Source of the DNA: Myxococcales bacterium
GTDB lineage: Bacteria; Myxococcota_A; UBA9042
Assembly: GCA_037441385.1 (NCBI GenBank)
Contig: JBBISH010000096.1
Span: 1 to 25,348, forward strand
DNA length: 25,348 nt
Direction of reading: 5' to 3'
The notes below the pieces were generated by a model. That model saw only the letters and a list, made by a program, of their open reading frames with translations. It had not been told where the DNA came from and made no database searches. Below are positions 1 to 12,037 of the stretch, piece by piece. Positions within the stretch are counted from its first letter, which is position 1. Each line of letters opens with the position of its first letter. The translations under genes and the position numbers were made by a program.

Positions 1-17
1 AGTGTCCATGTTTTCAT
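1..17 (-). CDS. Probable 5' end of a gene running off the left edge (MKTWTL...); by synteny possibly Skp/OmpH chaperone
   Basis: ATG at 17-15 is preceded by a G-rich SD-like run (GGGGGGGAACCG-ATG), and a TATACT -10-like hexamer lies at 72-67. Only ~6 codons are visible. Identity is inferred solely from the common bamA-skp gene order. Confidence 0.3.
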
Positions 18-152
18 CGGTTTCCCCCCCGTGTCGTTGTCAGCTGCCCCAAGAGACTTAGTGCCGAGTATAGCGGATGCCCAAAGCAGTGCGTCGGCTC
101 TGTTCACAATTCTACATGCTCTCGCCTGTATGCCTATGCAGGCAAGTTAAAT

Positions 153-270
153 GAACCCCGTCTGATTCACGCCTGTACGGCTTCTCTGACCCGGTCTGCA
201 ACCGGCGAGAATCAGGCGGGGACCCCGGTTCGGGCCCGAAGAATTGCCCGAGTTTTCGATCCGATTCGGA
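153..270. repeat. Dispersed intergenic repeat, copy 1 (copy 2 at 22323-22440)
   Basis: Ungapped alignment to 22323-22440 at offset 22170 gives 91/118 identities by manual count, with an identical core CGAGAATCAGGCGGG. Internal inverted repeat at 156-168 / 209-221. Confidence 0.9.
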
Positions 271-295
271 CCGAACTGGTATTAGCGAAATTGCG

Positions 296-2773
296 TTAGA
301 ACGAGTTGCCAATCGTGAATTCGAAGGCCAGCGGCTGCTCACCCGGGCGCGGGTTGATCGGCACGCCCCACTCGAATCGCAGCGGACCGACGGGCGAAAA
401 CCAGCGAATGCCCCAGCCGACCGACATGCGGAACGGGAATCCACTTTGGCTCAAGATCGACTGCCCCTCGCCGAAAGCGTTGCCGATGTCGAAGAACATC
501 AGGCCGCGCAAGTTCATGGGCGCCTTGATGATCGGCACCTCGATCTCGTTGTTCAGGTACAGCTGGCGCGTGCCGCCGATCGTGAAGGCGGATAGCGTGG
601 CTGCCGGATCGCCCGAGGAGGGCACGGCGATCTGTGGACCGAGCGAGTTGCGCGCATAACCGCGCACGTTGAAGATGCCGCCCACAAAGAAACGTTCGAA
701 CAGGGGCACCACCTTGCCCTTGGGCGCCTCGATCACACCACCGACCAAGTTGAAGCGCAGCACGCCGTCGAGCGGCAGCGGGAAGAAGCGGCGAATGCGC
801 GCGGTGAAGCGCGTGAACAAGTTGTCGCTGCCGATGTACTGGTTGGCCCACTCCGCCGTGCCCGATACGTACCAGCCGGTCGTGGGGAACATGCGATCGT
901 CGCGCGAGTCGAAGCTGAGGGTGCCGCGCAGCGAGCTGGTAAAGCCCGAGCCGAAGTAGTTGGCGATCGGCACGTCGGTGCGGCCCGACAGGCCGCCGAT
1001 CTTGGTCACGACCTGTTCGCCCGTGTAGCCCAGGTCGGCGATGAGGGTGTCGGTGATGCGGTAGCCCCACGAGAAGCCGCCGCCAGTGGCGCGCCGCGAG
1101 AAGTCGGTATACAGCTGGTCAAACCGGTACAGGTCGATCGAGAAGGTGACGTTGCTGTCCAAGAAGTACGGCTCGAAGAACGAGGCCTGGAACACCGTGC
1201 GGATCGACGACAGCTGGCCTTGCACGCTCATGCGCTGACCGCGGCCCAAGAAATTGTCCTTGGCGATCTGCATGGTGGCGATGAAGTTGTCGATCGACGA
1301 GAAGCCCATGCCCACTTGGAAGGTGCCGGTGGTGCGTTCTTTGACCTCGACGACCACGTCCAGCACTTGCGCGATGGCGGTGGGCTTGGTCTTGATCTCC
1401 ACCTTCTCGAAGTAGCCCAGGCGTTGGATGCGCGCCTGGCTCTGCTGCATCTTCAGCTCGCTGTACAGCTCGCCTTCTACAAACGTCATCTCGCGGCGGA
1501 TCACTTTGTCGCGCGTCGAGGTGCCGCCGGCCAGCGAAATCTGGCCAAAGAAGCACTTCTTGCCGCGCTGGACGCGGTAGGTCCAGTCGACGGTGCGCTT
1601 GTCCATGTCCGGGACCGAATTGTTTTCGACCGTGGCGTGAGCGAAACCGGCATTCTTCTGCAGATCGCGAATCTTGTTGCCGTCTTGCTGCACCATCGCG
1701 TAGTTGAAGATGTCGCCGGGCTTCAAGGCGAGCCCCGGTACGACCTTGTCGGCCGGCTCCACGGAATCGCCTTCGAGCGCCACCTTGCCCACCCGGAACT
1801 GCGGCCCCTCGTGGATGCGGATGGCCACGGTGATGTACTTCATGTCCGGAGAAAGACTGACGATCGGCTCGTCGACCTTGGCCTGAATGTAGCCGCGGGT
1901 CAGGTACAGGTACTGCAGAATCTGGACGTCCATGTCCAGGTTGTCGGGCTTGAAGTTGCCGCCCTTGCCCACGATCGACGTGACGCCGCCCTCTTGGGTG
2001 CGCAGCACGGCCTTGATGTCGTCGTCGGCAATGCCCTCGTTGCCCAGCAATTGCACTTCACGCACCTTGACTTCGGCGCGCTCGACCACGTCGAACACCA
2101 CCTTGACTTGATTCTGCGGCTGGGGCTCGACGTGGTGGCTAACGGTGGCCAAGAAGAAGCCTTCGTCGCGGTACAAGTCTTTGATCTTGGTCACGTTGGT
2201 CGCAGCGTCCTGCGGGCTATACAGGTTGTTGACCCGCAGATCGATGACCTTATTGATCGACTCGGTGCTTTGCTCGGTGTTGCCGCGCACCTCGATCGCC
2301 GAGATCGACGGCCGCTCGAGCACCTGGAAGCGCAATTCCACCGGCGTCTCGGTCGCATCCGGCTTCTGCGGCAAGCGCTTGAGGCCCACGCGCACGTCGT
2401 CGAATAGGCCCAACTGGTACAGGCGGCGCACGTCGTCGGCCACCATTTGCGGATCGACCGCCATGCCTTCGCGGCTGCGGATTTGACCCATGGCGACCTT
2501 GCTTTCTACGCGCTCTAGACCGGCCAGGCTCAGCTTGGCGATCACCAACTGCAGCACCGGCGTCTCGTCGGGCAAGGGCTCCGTTCCGTCGGCGGGAGCA
2601 CTGTCGTCGGCGGGTGCCTCGTCGTCTTTCTTATCTGGATCGGGCCGCGACAGTGCCCCGCGGCCAAAAAGCGAGTCGCCATCGGCATAGGCCGCCCACG
2701 GCAGCACTGCCAACGCCAGCGCGAACGCCAGTGCGAGGGACCCCAACCCGGGCCGCGGCCTGCGCGCGCTCAT
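296..2773 (-). CDS. bamA: Outer membrane protein assembly factor BamA (Omp85)
   Basis: Signal peptide, POTRA repeats (LYQLGLFDDV, TRDKVIRREM, RLGYFEKV), barrel start KERTTGTFQVGMGFSS, NFLGRGQ, loop-6 VRGY, SPVGPLRFEW and a C-terminal Phe. Confidence 0.97.
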   Translation of the reverse strand: MSARRPRPGLGSLALAFALALAVLPWAAYADGDSLFGRGALSRPDPDKKDDEAPADDSAPADGTEPLPDETPVLQLVIAKLSLAGLERVESKVAMGQIRSREGMAVDPQMVADDVRRLYQLGLFDDVRVGLKRLPQKPDATETPVELRFQVLERPSISAIEVRGNTEQSTESINKVIDLRVNNLYSPQDAATNVTKIKDLYRDEGFFLATVSHHVEPQPQNQVKVVFDVVERAEVKVREVQLLGNEGIADDDIKAVLRTQEGGVTSIVGKGGNFKPDNLDMDVQILQYLYLTRGYIQAKVDEPIVSLSPDMKYITVAIRIHEGPQFRVGKVALEGDSVEPADKVVPGLALKPGDIFNYAMVQQDGNKIRDLQKNAGFAHATVENNSVPDMDKRTVDWTYRVQRGKKCFFGQISLAGGTSTRDKVIRREMTFVEGELYSELKMQQSQARIQRLGYFEKVEIKTKPTAIAQVLDVVVEVKERTTGTFQVGMGFSSIDNFIATMQIAKDNFLGRGQRMSVQGQLSSIRTVFQASFFEPYFLDSNVTFSIDLYRFDQLYTDFSRRATGGGFSWGYRITDTLIADLGYTGEQVVTKIGGLSGRTDVPIANYFGSGFTSSLRGTLSFDSRDDRMFPTTGWYVSGTAEWANQYIGSDNLFTRFTARIRRFFPLPLDGVLRFNLVGGVIEAPKGKVVPLFERFFVGGIFNVRGYARNSLGPQIAVPSSGDPAATLSAFTIGGTRQLYLNNEIEVPIIKAPMNLRGLMFFDIGNAFGEGQSILSQSGFPFRMSVGWGIRWFSPVGPLRFEWGVPINPRPGEQPLAFEFTIGNSF

Positions 2774-3489
2774 GCCGCCTCGCTGGTGAACTTGCCGTCG
2801 ACCATTCGCGCCACGCGCCGCATCCGCGCCGCCAACTCCTGGTTGTGGCTGACGACGACGAACGCGGTCCCGGTTTCGGAATTGAGTTGCTCCATGAGCA
2901 GGTGCATGTCCTCGGCCGTGCGCCCGTCCAGGTTGCCCGTCGGCTCGTCGGCCAGCACCACCTTGGGCTGCATCACCAGGGCCCGCGCCAGCGCCACGCG
3001 CTGCTGTTCGCCGCCCGAAAGTTCGCCGGGGTGGTGATCAAAGCGCTCGGCCAGGCCAACCCGTTCCAGCAGACCACGTGCACGTTCGCGGGCTTGCGCC
3101 GTATTTTCGCGGGCGATGAGGGTGGGCATCAGCACGTTCTCGAAGGCCGTCAGCTCGGGCAGCAAGTGGTGGAACTGGAACACGAAGCCGATGAAGCGGT
3201 TGCGAAAGGCCGCCAATTCGGCGTCGCTCAAGTGGTCCAAGCGCTGGCCATCGTACAGGATTTCGCCGGAACTCGGCCGATCAAGCGTGCCGAGCAGGTG
3301 CAGGAGCGTCGACTTGCCCGACCCCGAGCGCCCGACGATGCCGACCATGTCGCCAGGATACAACGTGAGCTGCACGCCCCTCAAGACGTCGATGCGCCGG
3401 CTGCCCAGGTCGAACCACTTGGTGACCTCGCGCGCTTCGAGGAGCGGCGTGGGGCCCGAAGTGCTGGTCATGTCGACGCTTTCAACCAT
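2770..3489 (-). CDS. lolD: Lipoprotein-release ABC transporter ATP-binding subunit LolD
   Basis: Walker [10 protein letters not shown], LolD-type motif [17 protein letters not shown], signature [10 protein letters not shown] and Walker [12 protein letters not shown]. Start moved to ATG 3489 (overlaps the permease stop); ATG 3471 is an alternative. Its stop overlaps the bamA ATG (ATGA). Confidence 0.92.
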   Translation of the reverse strand: MVESVDMTSTSGPTPLLEAREVTKWFDLGSRRIDVLRGVQLTLYPGDMVGIVGRSGSGKSTLLHLLGTLDRPSSGEILYDGQRLDHLSDAELAAFRNRFIGFVFQFHHLLPELTAFENVLMPTLIARENTAQARERARGLLERVGLAERFDHHPGELSGGEQQRVALARALVMQPKVVLADEPTGNLDGRTAEDMHLLMEQLNSETGTAFVVVSHNQELAARMRRVARMVDGKFTSEAA

Positions 3490-5914
3490 GACGCAGACCT
3501 TCCAGGGGTTGGAGCTTGGCCGCCGACCGGGCGGGGAAAATCGTGGCCAGGAGCGAGATTCCCATGGAAACGGCAATCACGACCAGGAGTTCGGTGGGCT
3601 GCAGCCGCACAGGCAGGGTGCGGACGTAGTACGCTTCGGGCAGTTGAATTCCCAGCAGTTCGATCAGGCCACAGGTGCCCAAACCCAGGATGGCACCGGC
3701 GGTGGTGCCCATCACACCGATCACGCCGCCCATTTGCACAAAAGCGCTGCGGACCTCGCCGGCCGCCGCGCCCATCGCGCGCAGCATGGCGATGCTGTCA
3801 TGTTTTTGCAAGATAACCATCGTCAGCGCGGACACGATGGCAAACGCCGCGACGAGGATGATCAGACCCAAGACCAAGAAGATCACCAAACGTTCGAATG
3901 CCAAAGCAGAAAACAGCGAGCGGTTCAGCTCGCGCCAGTCGACCACCTCTAGCTCAGAGGCGCCGTGGGCTGTCAGTTTCGTGCGCACTTGGGCCAGCAC
4001 GGCGTCTGGCTCCTCGGGGCGAGACAGCCGCAATTCCAGAACGTTGGCCTCGCCCGCGTAGTTGAAGTAGCGCGCCGCCTCACCCAGCGTCATGTAGGCG
4101 ACCTTGGAGTCCGCTTCGTAGAGCCCGGTTTCAAAAGTGCCGGCGACGCGGTAGCTCCGCACGCGCGGCCGCAGACCCGTGGGGCCCACATCGCCGTCCG
4201 GCGTCACCACTTCCAGGCGGTCGCCCAGCTCGACCTGTAGCGAGCGGGCCAGTTCGACGCCGATCAGAATGCCGGGCGTTACGGGCACATCCTCTTGCTC
4301 GGGCGCGGCGCTGGGTGGGTCGTCGGCCAAGCCAAAGAAACTGCCGCGGGTCGGCCGATCGGCCGGGCGGGGCAAATCGGCAGGCGGTTCAGCCGGCTTC
4401 AACTCCGGGCCCAGTTCCGGCACTTGGGCGGCGGGCAGGTCCATCGTCGCACTGTGGCCGCTGGCGTGGCCCTTGGCGGTGCCGCTGGGCAGGATCAACA
4501 TCTCGCGTTGCGGCGGTGCGGGCTCTGCCGGCCCGGGTGGCAGCTGGCGCATGGCGTCCAGCAGGGGATCAGCAGAAACCGTAGAAGAGGCAGGTAGTTC
4601 GCTGGGTGTTGGCGGCAAGTCGCTCGTCGCCGTGGCGGACCGGCGCAGCATGGCCCGGTCGCTACCCAGGGCGGTGGGCGAGCGCATCAAGGCCAGCGAT
4701 CCGCTGCGCATCGTGGCGCCCAGCTCGCGCTCCACCTCGTCCAAATCGGGGTCGATGCCGCGGATTGACACGAAATTGTTGACGTTGTAGGCCGACGATA
4801 AAATCGCGTCGCCGCGAATCTGCGGGCTCACGCCCACCACACCCGGCACATTGCGTAGGGTTTGCGCCAACGCGGCGGCATGGGCGAACGGCTTGGCCCG
4901 CCCCGGCGCCTCGATGAGCGCGTGGGCATTCGCCACCAGCATCTTCTGACGCAAATCCGCGGCAAAGCCGCCCATCACCGACAAGACGACGATCAGCGCC
5001 CACGTGCCGGCCGACACGCCCACAATCGACACGAACACCGGCACGCTGACCTTGGGCTGGCCCTGCAGGAGCAAGTACAGGCCCACGGCCGTGGCGGCCA
5101 CAGCCACCGAAACCAGTGCAACGGTAGAGAATCCCACGCCCAGCTTGGCCCGCGCCGCCAACGCCAGACCCAGCAGCACCAGGCCAAGCGGCAGGCCCCA
5201 CTGCCCGCGCCGCGCCAGCCGAGCCGCCATGCCGACCTCGGCGCCCGGCCGCAGCAGCCCAACTACGCCAAGAACCAGCAAACCACCCAGCAAGAACAGG
5301 GGATCGATGTAGTTGAGCACCGCCGGGTGCCGCCCACCCAGACCCGCGCCAACCACGGCCGCCACCGGCAGCGCCACCGCCAGCGCCGTCCGCAAGCCCT
5401 TGGGGCCCACGCCGGCAACGGCCAGCAGCAGCGCGTGCAAAGCCAGCAGGGCCGCCAGGTTGCGCCCCATCAGCCACAGCAGACTCGCGCCGTGCAACTG
5501 GCACCACACGGCCGCCGCGCCCAGGCCACCCGCGAGCAGCAGGCCGGCCAACAGCTGCCCCGGCCGCCACTTGCTGGGCGCATCGCGGGCCACGTCGACC
5601 TGACTCTGCAGCGCGCGCAAAAAGCGGAGTGGCCACGGCTGGTAGGCGCGGGCCGAGGTCAGGAACGACCACGCCACAAAGGTGGGCGCGCGGTGCAGCA
5701 GCGGCTGGCTGGCCACGCGCACCAGGGCCAGGCCGATGGCCGAAAAAGCCGCCGCCACGCCGATGGCCGCGACGATCACGCCCAAAAGCTGAGCCACCAA
5801 CATGGCTTGGAAGGCGATCTGCTGGTCGGGCGAACGCACCAACGCCTCGGGCACGGCCGCCAAGACCGCCACCGCCGCCAGCGTCTGCAGGCGTTGGGCG
5901 TGCGCCACCGCCAT
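3482..5914 (-). CDS. Lipoprotein-release ABC permease, LolC/E/F (FtsX/MacB-like) family, with large insertions
   Basis: TM1 SIVGVSAGTWALIVVLSVMGGF, GILIGVELARSL, GTFETGLYEAD, DWRELNRSLFSALAFE, IAMLRAMGA and PARSAAKLQPLEGLR. Located between lysS and lolD. Confidence 0.9.
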   Translation of the reverse strand: MAVAHAQRLQTLAAVAVLAAVPEALVRSPDQQIAFQAMLVAQLLGVIVAAIGVAAAFSAIGLALVRVASQPLLHRAPTFVAWSFLTSARAYQPWPLRFLRALQSQVDVARDAPSKWRPGQLLAGLLLAGGLGAAAVWCQLHGASLLWLMGRNLAALLALHALLLAVAGVGPKGLRTALAVALPVAAVVGAGLGGRHPAVLNYIDPLFLLGGLLVLGVVGLLRPGAEVGMAARLARRGQWGLPLGLVLLGLALAARAKLGVGFSTVALVSVAVAATAVGLYLLLQGQPKVSVPVFVSIVGVSAGTWALIVVLSVMGGFAADLRQKMLVANAHALIEAPGRAKPFAHAAALAQTLRNVPGVVGVSPQIRGDAILSSAYNVNNFVSIRGIDPDLDEVERELGATMRSGSLALMRSPTALGSDRAMLRRSATATSDLPPTPSELPASSTVSADPLLDAMRQLPPGPAEPAPPQREMLILPSGTAKGHASGHSATMDLPAAQVPELGPELKPAEPPADLPRPADRPTRGSFFGLADDPPSAAPEQEDVPVTPGILIGVELARSLQVELGDRLEVVTPDGDVGPTGLRPRVRSYRVAGTFETGLYEADSKVAYMTLGEAARYFNYAGEANVLELRLSRPEEPDAVLAQVRTKLTAHGASELEVVDWRELNRSLFSALAFERLVIFLVLGLIILVAAFAIVSALTMVILQKHDSIAMLRAMGAAAGEVRSAFVQMGGVIGVMGTTAGAILGLGTCGLIELLGIQLPEAYYVRTLPVRLQPTELLVVIAVSMGISLLATIFPARSAAKLQPLEGLRHG

Positions 5915-5917
5915 CGG

Positions 5918-7732
5918 CTACACGGCCTCGAACTCGGGCTCAGCGTCCCCGGGGTTGGCCTGGGTTGCCGGCATCTCGGGCCGCATGTGCGGGAAGAAGA
6001 TCACTTCGCGAATGCTGTCTTGGCTGGCCAACATCATGACCACGCGATCCACGCCGATGCCGCAGCCCGCGGTGGGCGGCAGGCCGTATTCCAGGGCGCG
6101 CACATAGTCGACATCCAGTTCCATGGTCTCTTGGTCGCCGCGTTCTTTGTCGGCCAGTTGCATCTCGAAGCGCTGGTACTGGTCCACCGGGTCATTCAAC
6201 TCAGAGAACGCGTTCGACATTTCGATCTTGCCGATGTACAGCTCGAAGCGGTCGACGAATTCGGGGCGCAGGTCGTTGCGGCGCGCCAACGGCGACGTCT
6301 CGGCCGGGTACTCCATCACAAAGGTGGGCTGCACCAGGTAGGGCTCGGCCACGGCTTCAAAAAGCTCGACTTGGCACTTGCCCAGCTCGGCGTGGTCGTC
6401 CAGGTGCACGTCCAACTCTTTGGCACGCTTGCGGATGACCTTGATGTCGTCCAACTGGTCGGCCGGAATGCCGGCCCAATCGATCAGACCCTGGCGAATC
6501 CGCACGCGCTGGAACGGCTTGCCCAAGTCGATGATGCGCGGGCTGCCGTCTTCGTTTGTGCCCCAGCGCACCGTGTCGCTGCCGTTGACCTTGCGGCACA
6601 AGAAGCGCAGCAGCTCTTCCACCTCGTCCATCAGGTCCGCAAAGTTCGCGTAAGCTCGATAGTATTCGAGCATCGTGAACTCAGGGTTGTGGCGCAGGCT
6701 CACACCTTCGTTGCGGAAATTGCGGTTGATCTCGTAGACGCGCTCGATGCCGCCCACCACCAGGCGCTTGAGGTACAACTCCGGCGCAATCCGCAGGTAG
6801 AGCGGCATGTTCAGCGCGTTGTGGTGGGTGATGAACGGTCGCGCCGCCGCACCGCCCAGCACCGGGTGCATCATCGGCGTCTCGACTTCCAGGTAGCCGT
6901 GGCTGTCGAAGAACTCGCGCAGGCCCCGCAACACCAGGTTGCGCTTGCGAAAAGCCTCGCGCGCCTCGTCGTTGACCACCAAGTCCACATAGCGCTGGCG
7001 GTGGCGCGTCTCTTTGTCGCTCAGGCCGTGGAATTTTTCCGGCAGCGGGCGGATCGCCTTGGTCAGGATGCGCAGCGCCGGCCGGCCATCAAAACTGCGC
7101 AGCCAAAGGCTGGGTTCCCCTGTGCGGGTGCGGAAGAACAGGCCCTCGCCGCCCACAAAGTCGCCTACGTCCAGCAGCGGCCCGTCCCACTTGGCGTCGG
7201 GGGTGGGCTTGAACAGCAGATCGAAGGTGTCGGGATCGGCATCGCGCGAGAAGTACAGCTGGACGGTCGGCACGTCGGTCTCGCGCACCGGCAGACCGTG
7301 CAGGGCGCGGCGCACGTTTTCGGCCTCGCGGACGCGCGGAACCTCGGTGGCCGTGCGGTCTTGAATGCGCACAAACCCCACCTTGCCCTTGACGTTGATC
7401 GCCATCACGCGCCCGGCCAGCTTGATCCGGGGCGAGGTGATCACCGGGGCGCCTGGCGCGGGCGGCAGGTCGGCGGGGATCGGCGCGCCGTCTTCGATGG
7501 CCACAAAACCTTCCAGCAGGGCCCGTTGATGCGCGCTCACTTCAGCGTCTTGTCCCGGTAGGTACCAGCGCAGCGCCTCGGCGGCGGTGTGGGTCGGGGC
7601 AAAGTCGTTGGGGTAGGCGACGCCAAACTTGGCCTTCAAAGCCTCGATCTTGGCCAGGCGCTGCAGCATCAGCGCGTTTCGCTCCAGCGCCGTGCCGTCC
7701 AACTTGCTGTGATCAAAGGGAGAAGTCGTCAT
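5918..7732 (-). CDS. lysS: Lysine--tRNA ligase, class II
   Basis: Anticodon OB fold (AGRVMA..KGKVGF), [67 protein letters not shown] and [16 protein letters not shown]. Start placed at ATG 7732; the ORF track extends to 7762. Confidence 0.97.
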   Translation of the reverse strand: MTTSPFDHSKLDGTALERNALMLQRLAKIEALKAKFGVAYPNDFAPTHTAAEALRWYLPGQDAEVSAHQRALLEGFVAIEDGAPIPADLPPAPGAPVITSPRIKLAGRVMAINVKGKVGFVRIQDRTATEVPRVREAENVRRALHGLPVRETDVPTVQLYFSRDADPDTFDLLFKPTPDAKWDGPLLDVGDFVGGEGLFFRTRTGEPSLWLRSFDGRPALRILTKAIRPLPEKFHGLSDKETRHRQRYVDLVVNDEAREAFRKRNLVLRGLREFFDSHGYLEVETPMMHPVLGGAAARPFITHHNALNMPLYLRIAPELYLKRLVVGGIERVYEINRNFRNEGVSLRHNPEFTMLEYYRAYANFADLMDEVEELLRFLCRKVNGSDTVRWGTNEDGSPRIIDLGKPFQRVRIRQGLIDWAGIPADQLDDIKVIRKRAKELDVHLDDHAELGKCQVELFEAVAEPYLVQPTFVMEYPAETSPLARRNDLRPEFVDRFELYIGKIEMSNAFSELNDPVDQYQRFEMQLADKERGDQETMELDVDYVRALEYGLPPTAGCGIGVDRVVMMLASQDSIREVIFFPHMRPEMPATQANPGDAEPEFEAV

Positions 7733-7761
7733 CTTGGACTCCGGGATAGGCCGCCAAGGCA

Positions 7762-7795
7762 CGGCAACGCACTCACAACGCGCGGCAACGCACTC
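7762..7795. repeat. 13-bp direct repeat CGGCAACGCACTC x2 upstream of lysS
   Basis: Exact copies at 7762-7774 and 7783-7795, period 21 bp. Confidence 0.7.
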
Positions 7796-7862
7796 GCGCG
7801 GACCGCAAAAACGCCGCGCGCCGCTCCCGGAATGCCTTCCAGGGCGGCGCGTCGATGCGAGA

Positions 7863-7929
7863 CAAAGGACGAAGAAGCTCAGGAGTCTTGAAAGTGCCGA
7901 TGTTCACGGCCAACTCGACTTCCTCGTCC
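7863..7929 (-). terminator. Long hairpin immediately 3' of tRNA-Pro; possible weak terminator or processing stem
   Basis: Minus-strand GGACGAGGAAG (7929-7919) pairs with CTTCTTCGTCC (7877-7867) with one G.U. Inner GAGTT/GACTC and GCCG/CGGC helices. Followed by only a short TTTGT. Confidence 0.4.
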
Positions 7930-7934
7930 ACTCG

Positions 7935-8008
7935 TCGGGGCGACAGGATTTGAACCTGCGACCACCAGACCCCCAGTCTGGTGCGCTACCAGGCTGCGCT
8001 ACACCCCG
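7935..8008 (-). tRNA. tRNA-Pro (anticodon GGG), 3' CCA not encoded
   Basis: Minus strand reads CGGGGTG TA GCGC AGCCTGGTA GCGC A CCAGA CT GGG GG TCTGG TGGTC GCAGG TTCAAAT CCTGT CGCCCCG A. Canonical cloverleaf with the C1-G72/A73 pattern typical of tRNA-Pro; followed by CGA rather than CCA. Confidence 0.97.
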
Positions 8009-8119
8009 AGACGACTCTCTTGGGCCGGATCGACCCTTCGGGGGCCGAATCGGCTTTCTAGGGCCGAATCCCGCCAGCGAACCGGCGGCCGCGCCAGCTC
8101 GAAGCCAGCGCGGTGCAGG

Positions 8120-8148
8120 AGTGTACGCGCGCTAGGCCCGCGGTGCAA
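8120..8148 (-). promoter_or_regulatory. Putative sigma70 promoter for tRNA-Pro (and perhaps lysS-lol-bamA)
   Basis: TTGCAC (8148-8143), a 17-nt spacer, then TACACT (8125-8120), followed by a GC-rich discriminator CCTGCAC as in stable-RNA promoters. Confidence 0.65.
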
Positions 8149-8193
8149 GACGCTCCCCCGCAATTTCTCCTTCTGCGGCTCGCCGCGCGGCCG

Positions 8194-11916
<3,723 letters not shown>

Positions 11917-11952
11917 GGCGGTCTCTTGGCGCGGCGGCGCCGAGGGCCATTC

Positions 11953-11980
11953 AGTATGGGCGAGGGGCTGCCGAGCGCAA
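11953..11980 (-). promoter_or_regulatory. Possible sigma70 promoter for metH
   Basis: TTGCGC (11980-11975), a 16-nt spacer, then CATACT (11958-11953), ~36 nt upstream of the ATG. Confidence 0.35.
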
Positions 11981-12037
11981 GCCATGCTGGCGCACGCAAG
12001 TGTTTTCAGGCCGTTGGTCCGTGCGCGCCGTGCGCGA

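Noticed and set aside
112..444. Small ORFs 112-444 and 22306-22755 share a peptide (FFG.EPG.PPDSR.LQ...RES.GV), suggesting a small protein family
   Set aside because: The similarity simply reflects the shared DNA repeat. About 15 of 39 residues differ, often radically (G/W, P/Y, S/F), and both ORFs overlap real genes, so coding selection is not supported.
7265..7351. Intein or intron explanation for the lysS and lol permease insertions
   Set aside because: The inserts are in frame and short or hydrophobic, and lack intein C/S...HN splice motifs.
4862..7561. 899-aa plus-strand ORF, and similar long ORFs at 8113-10866, 19836-23435 and 1220-2407
   Set aside because: Antisense shadows of well-supported minus-strand genes. 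High-GC codon bias removes stops in the opposite frame, and the translations have no recognisable motifs.
7935..8008. tRNA-Pro as an integration site for an island or prophage
   Set aside because: No duplicated tRNA 3' end or integrase seen, and both flanks are housekeeping genes.
8022..8070. Mini-CRISPR interpretation of short spaced repeats (also 7762-7795 and 24390-24443)
   Set aside because: Repeats and spacers are far too short, and there are no cas genes.
11917..12037. SAM/SAH/cobalamin riboswitch upstream of metH
   Set aside because: The interval is short, and I could not find the conserved cores of these riboswitches.
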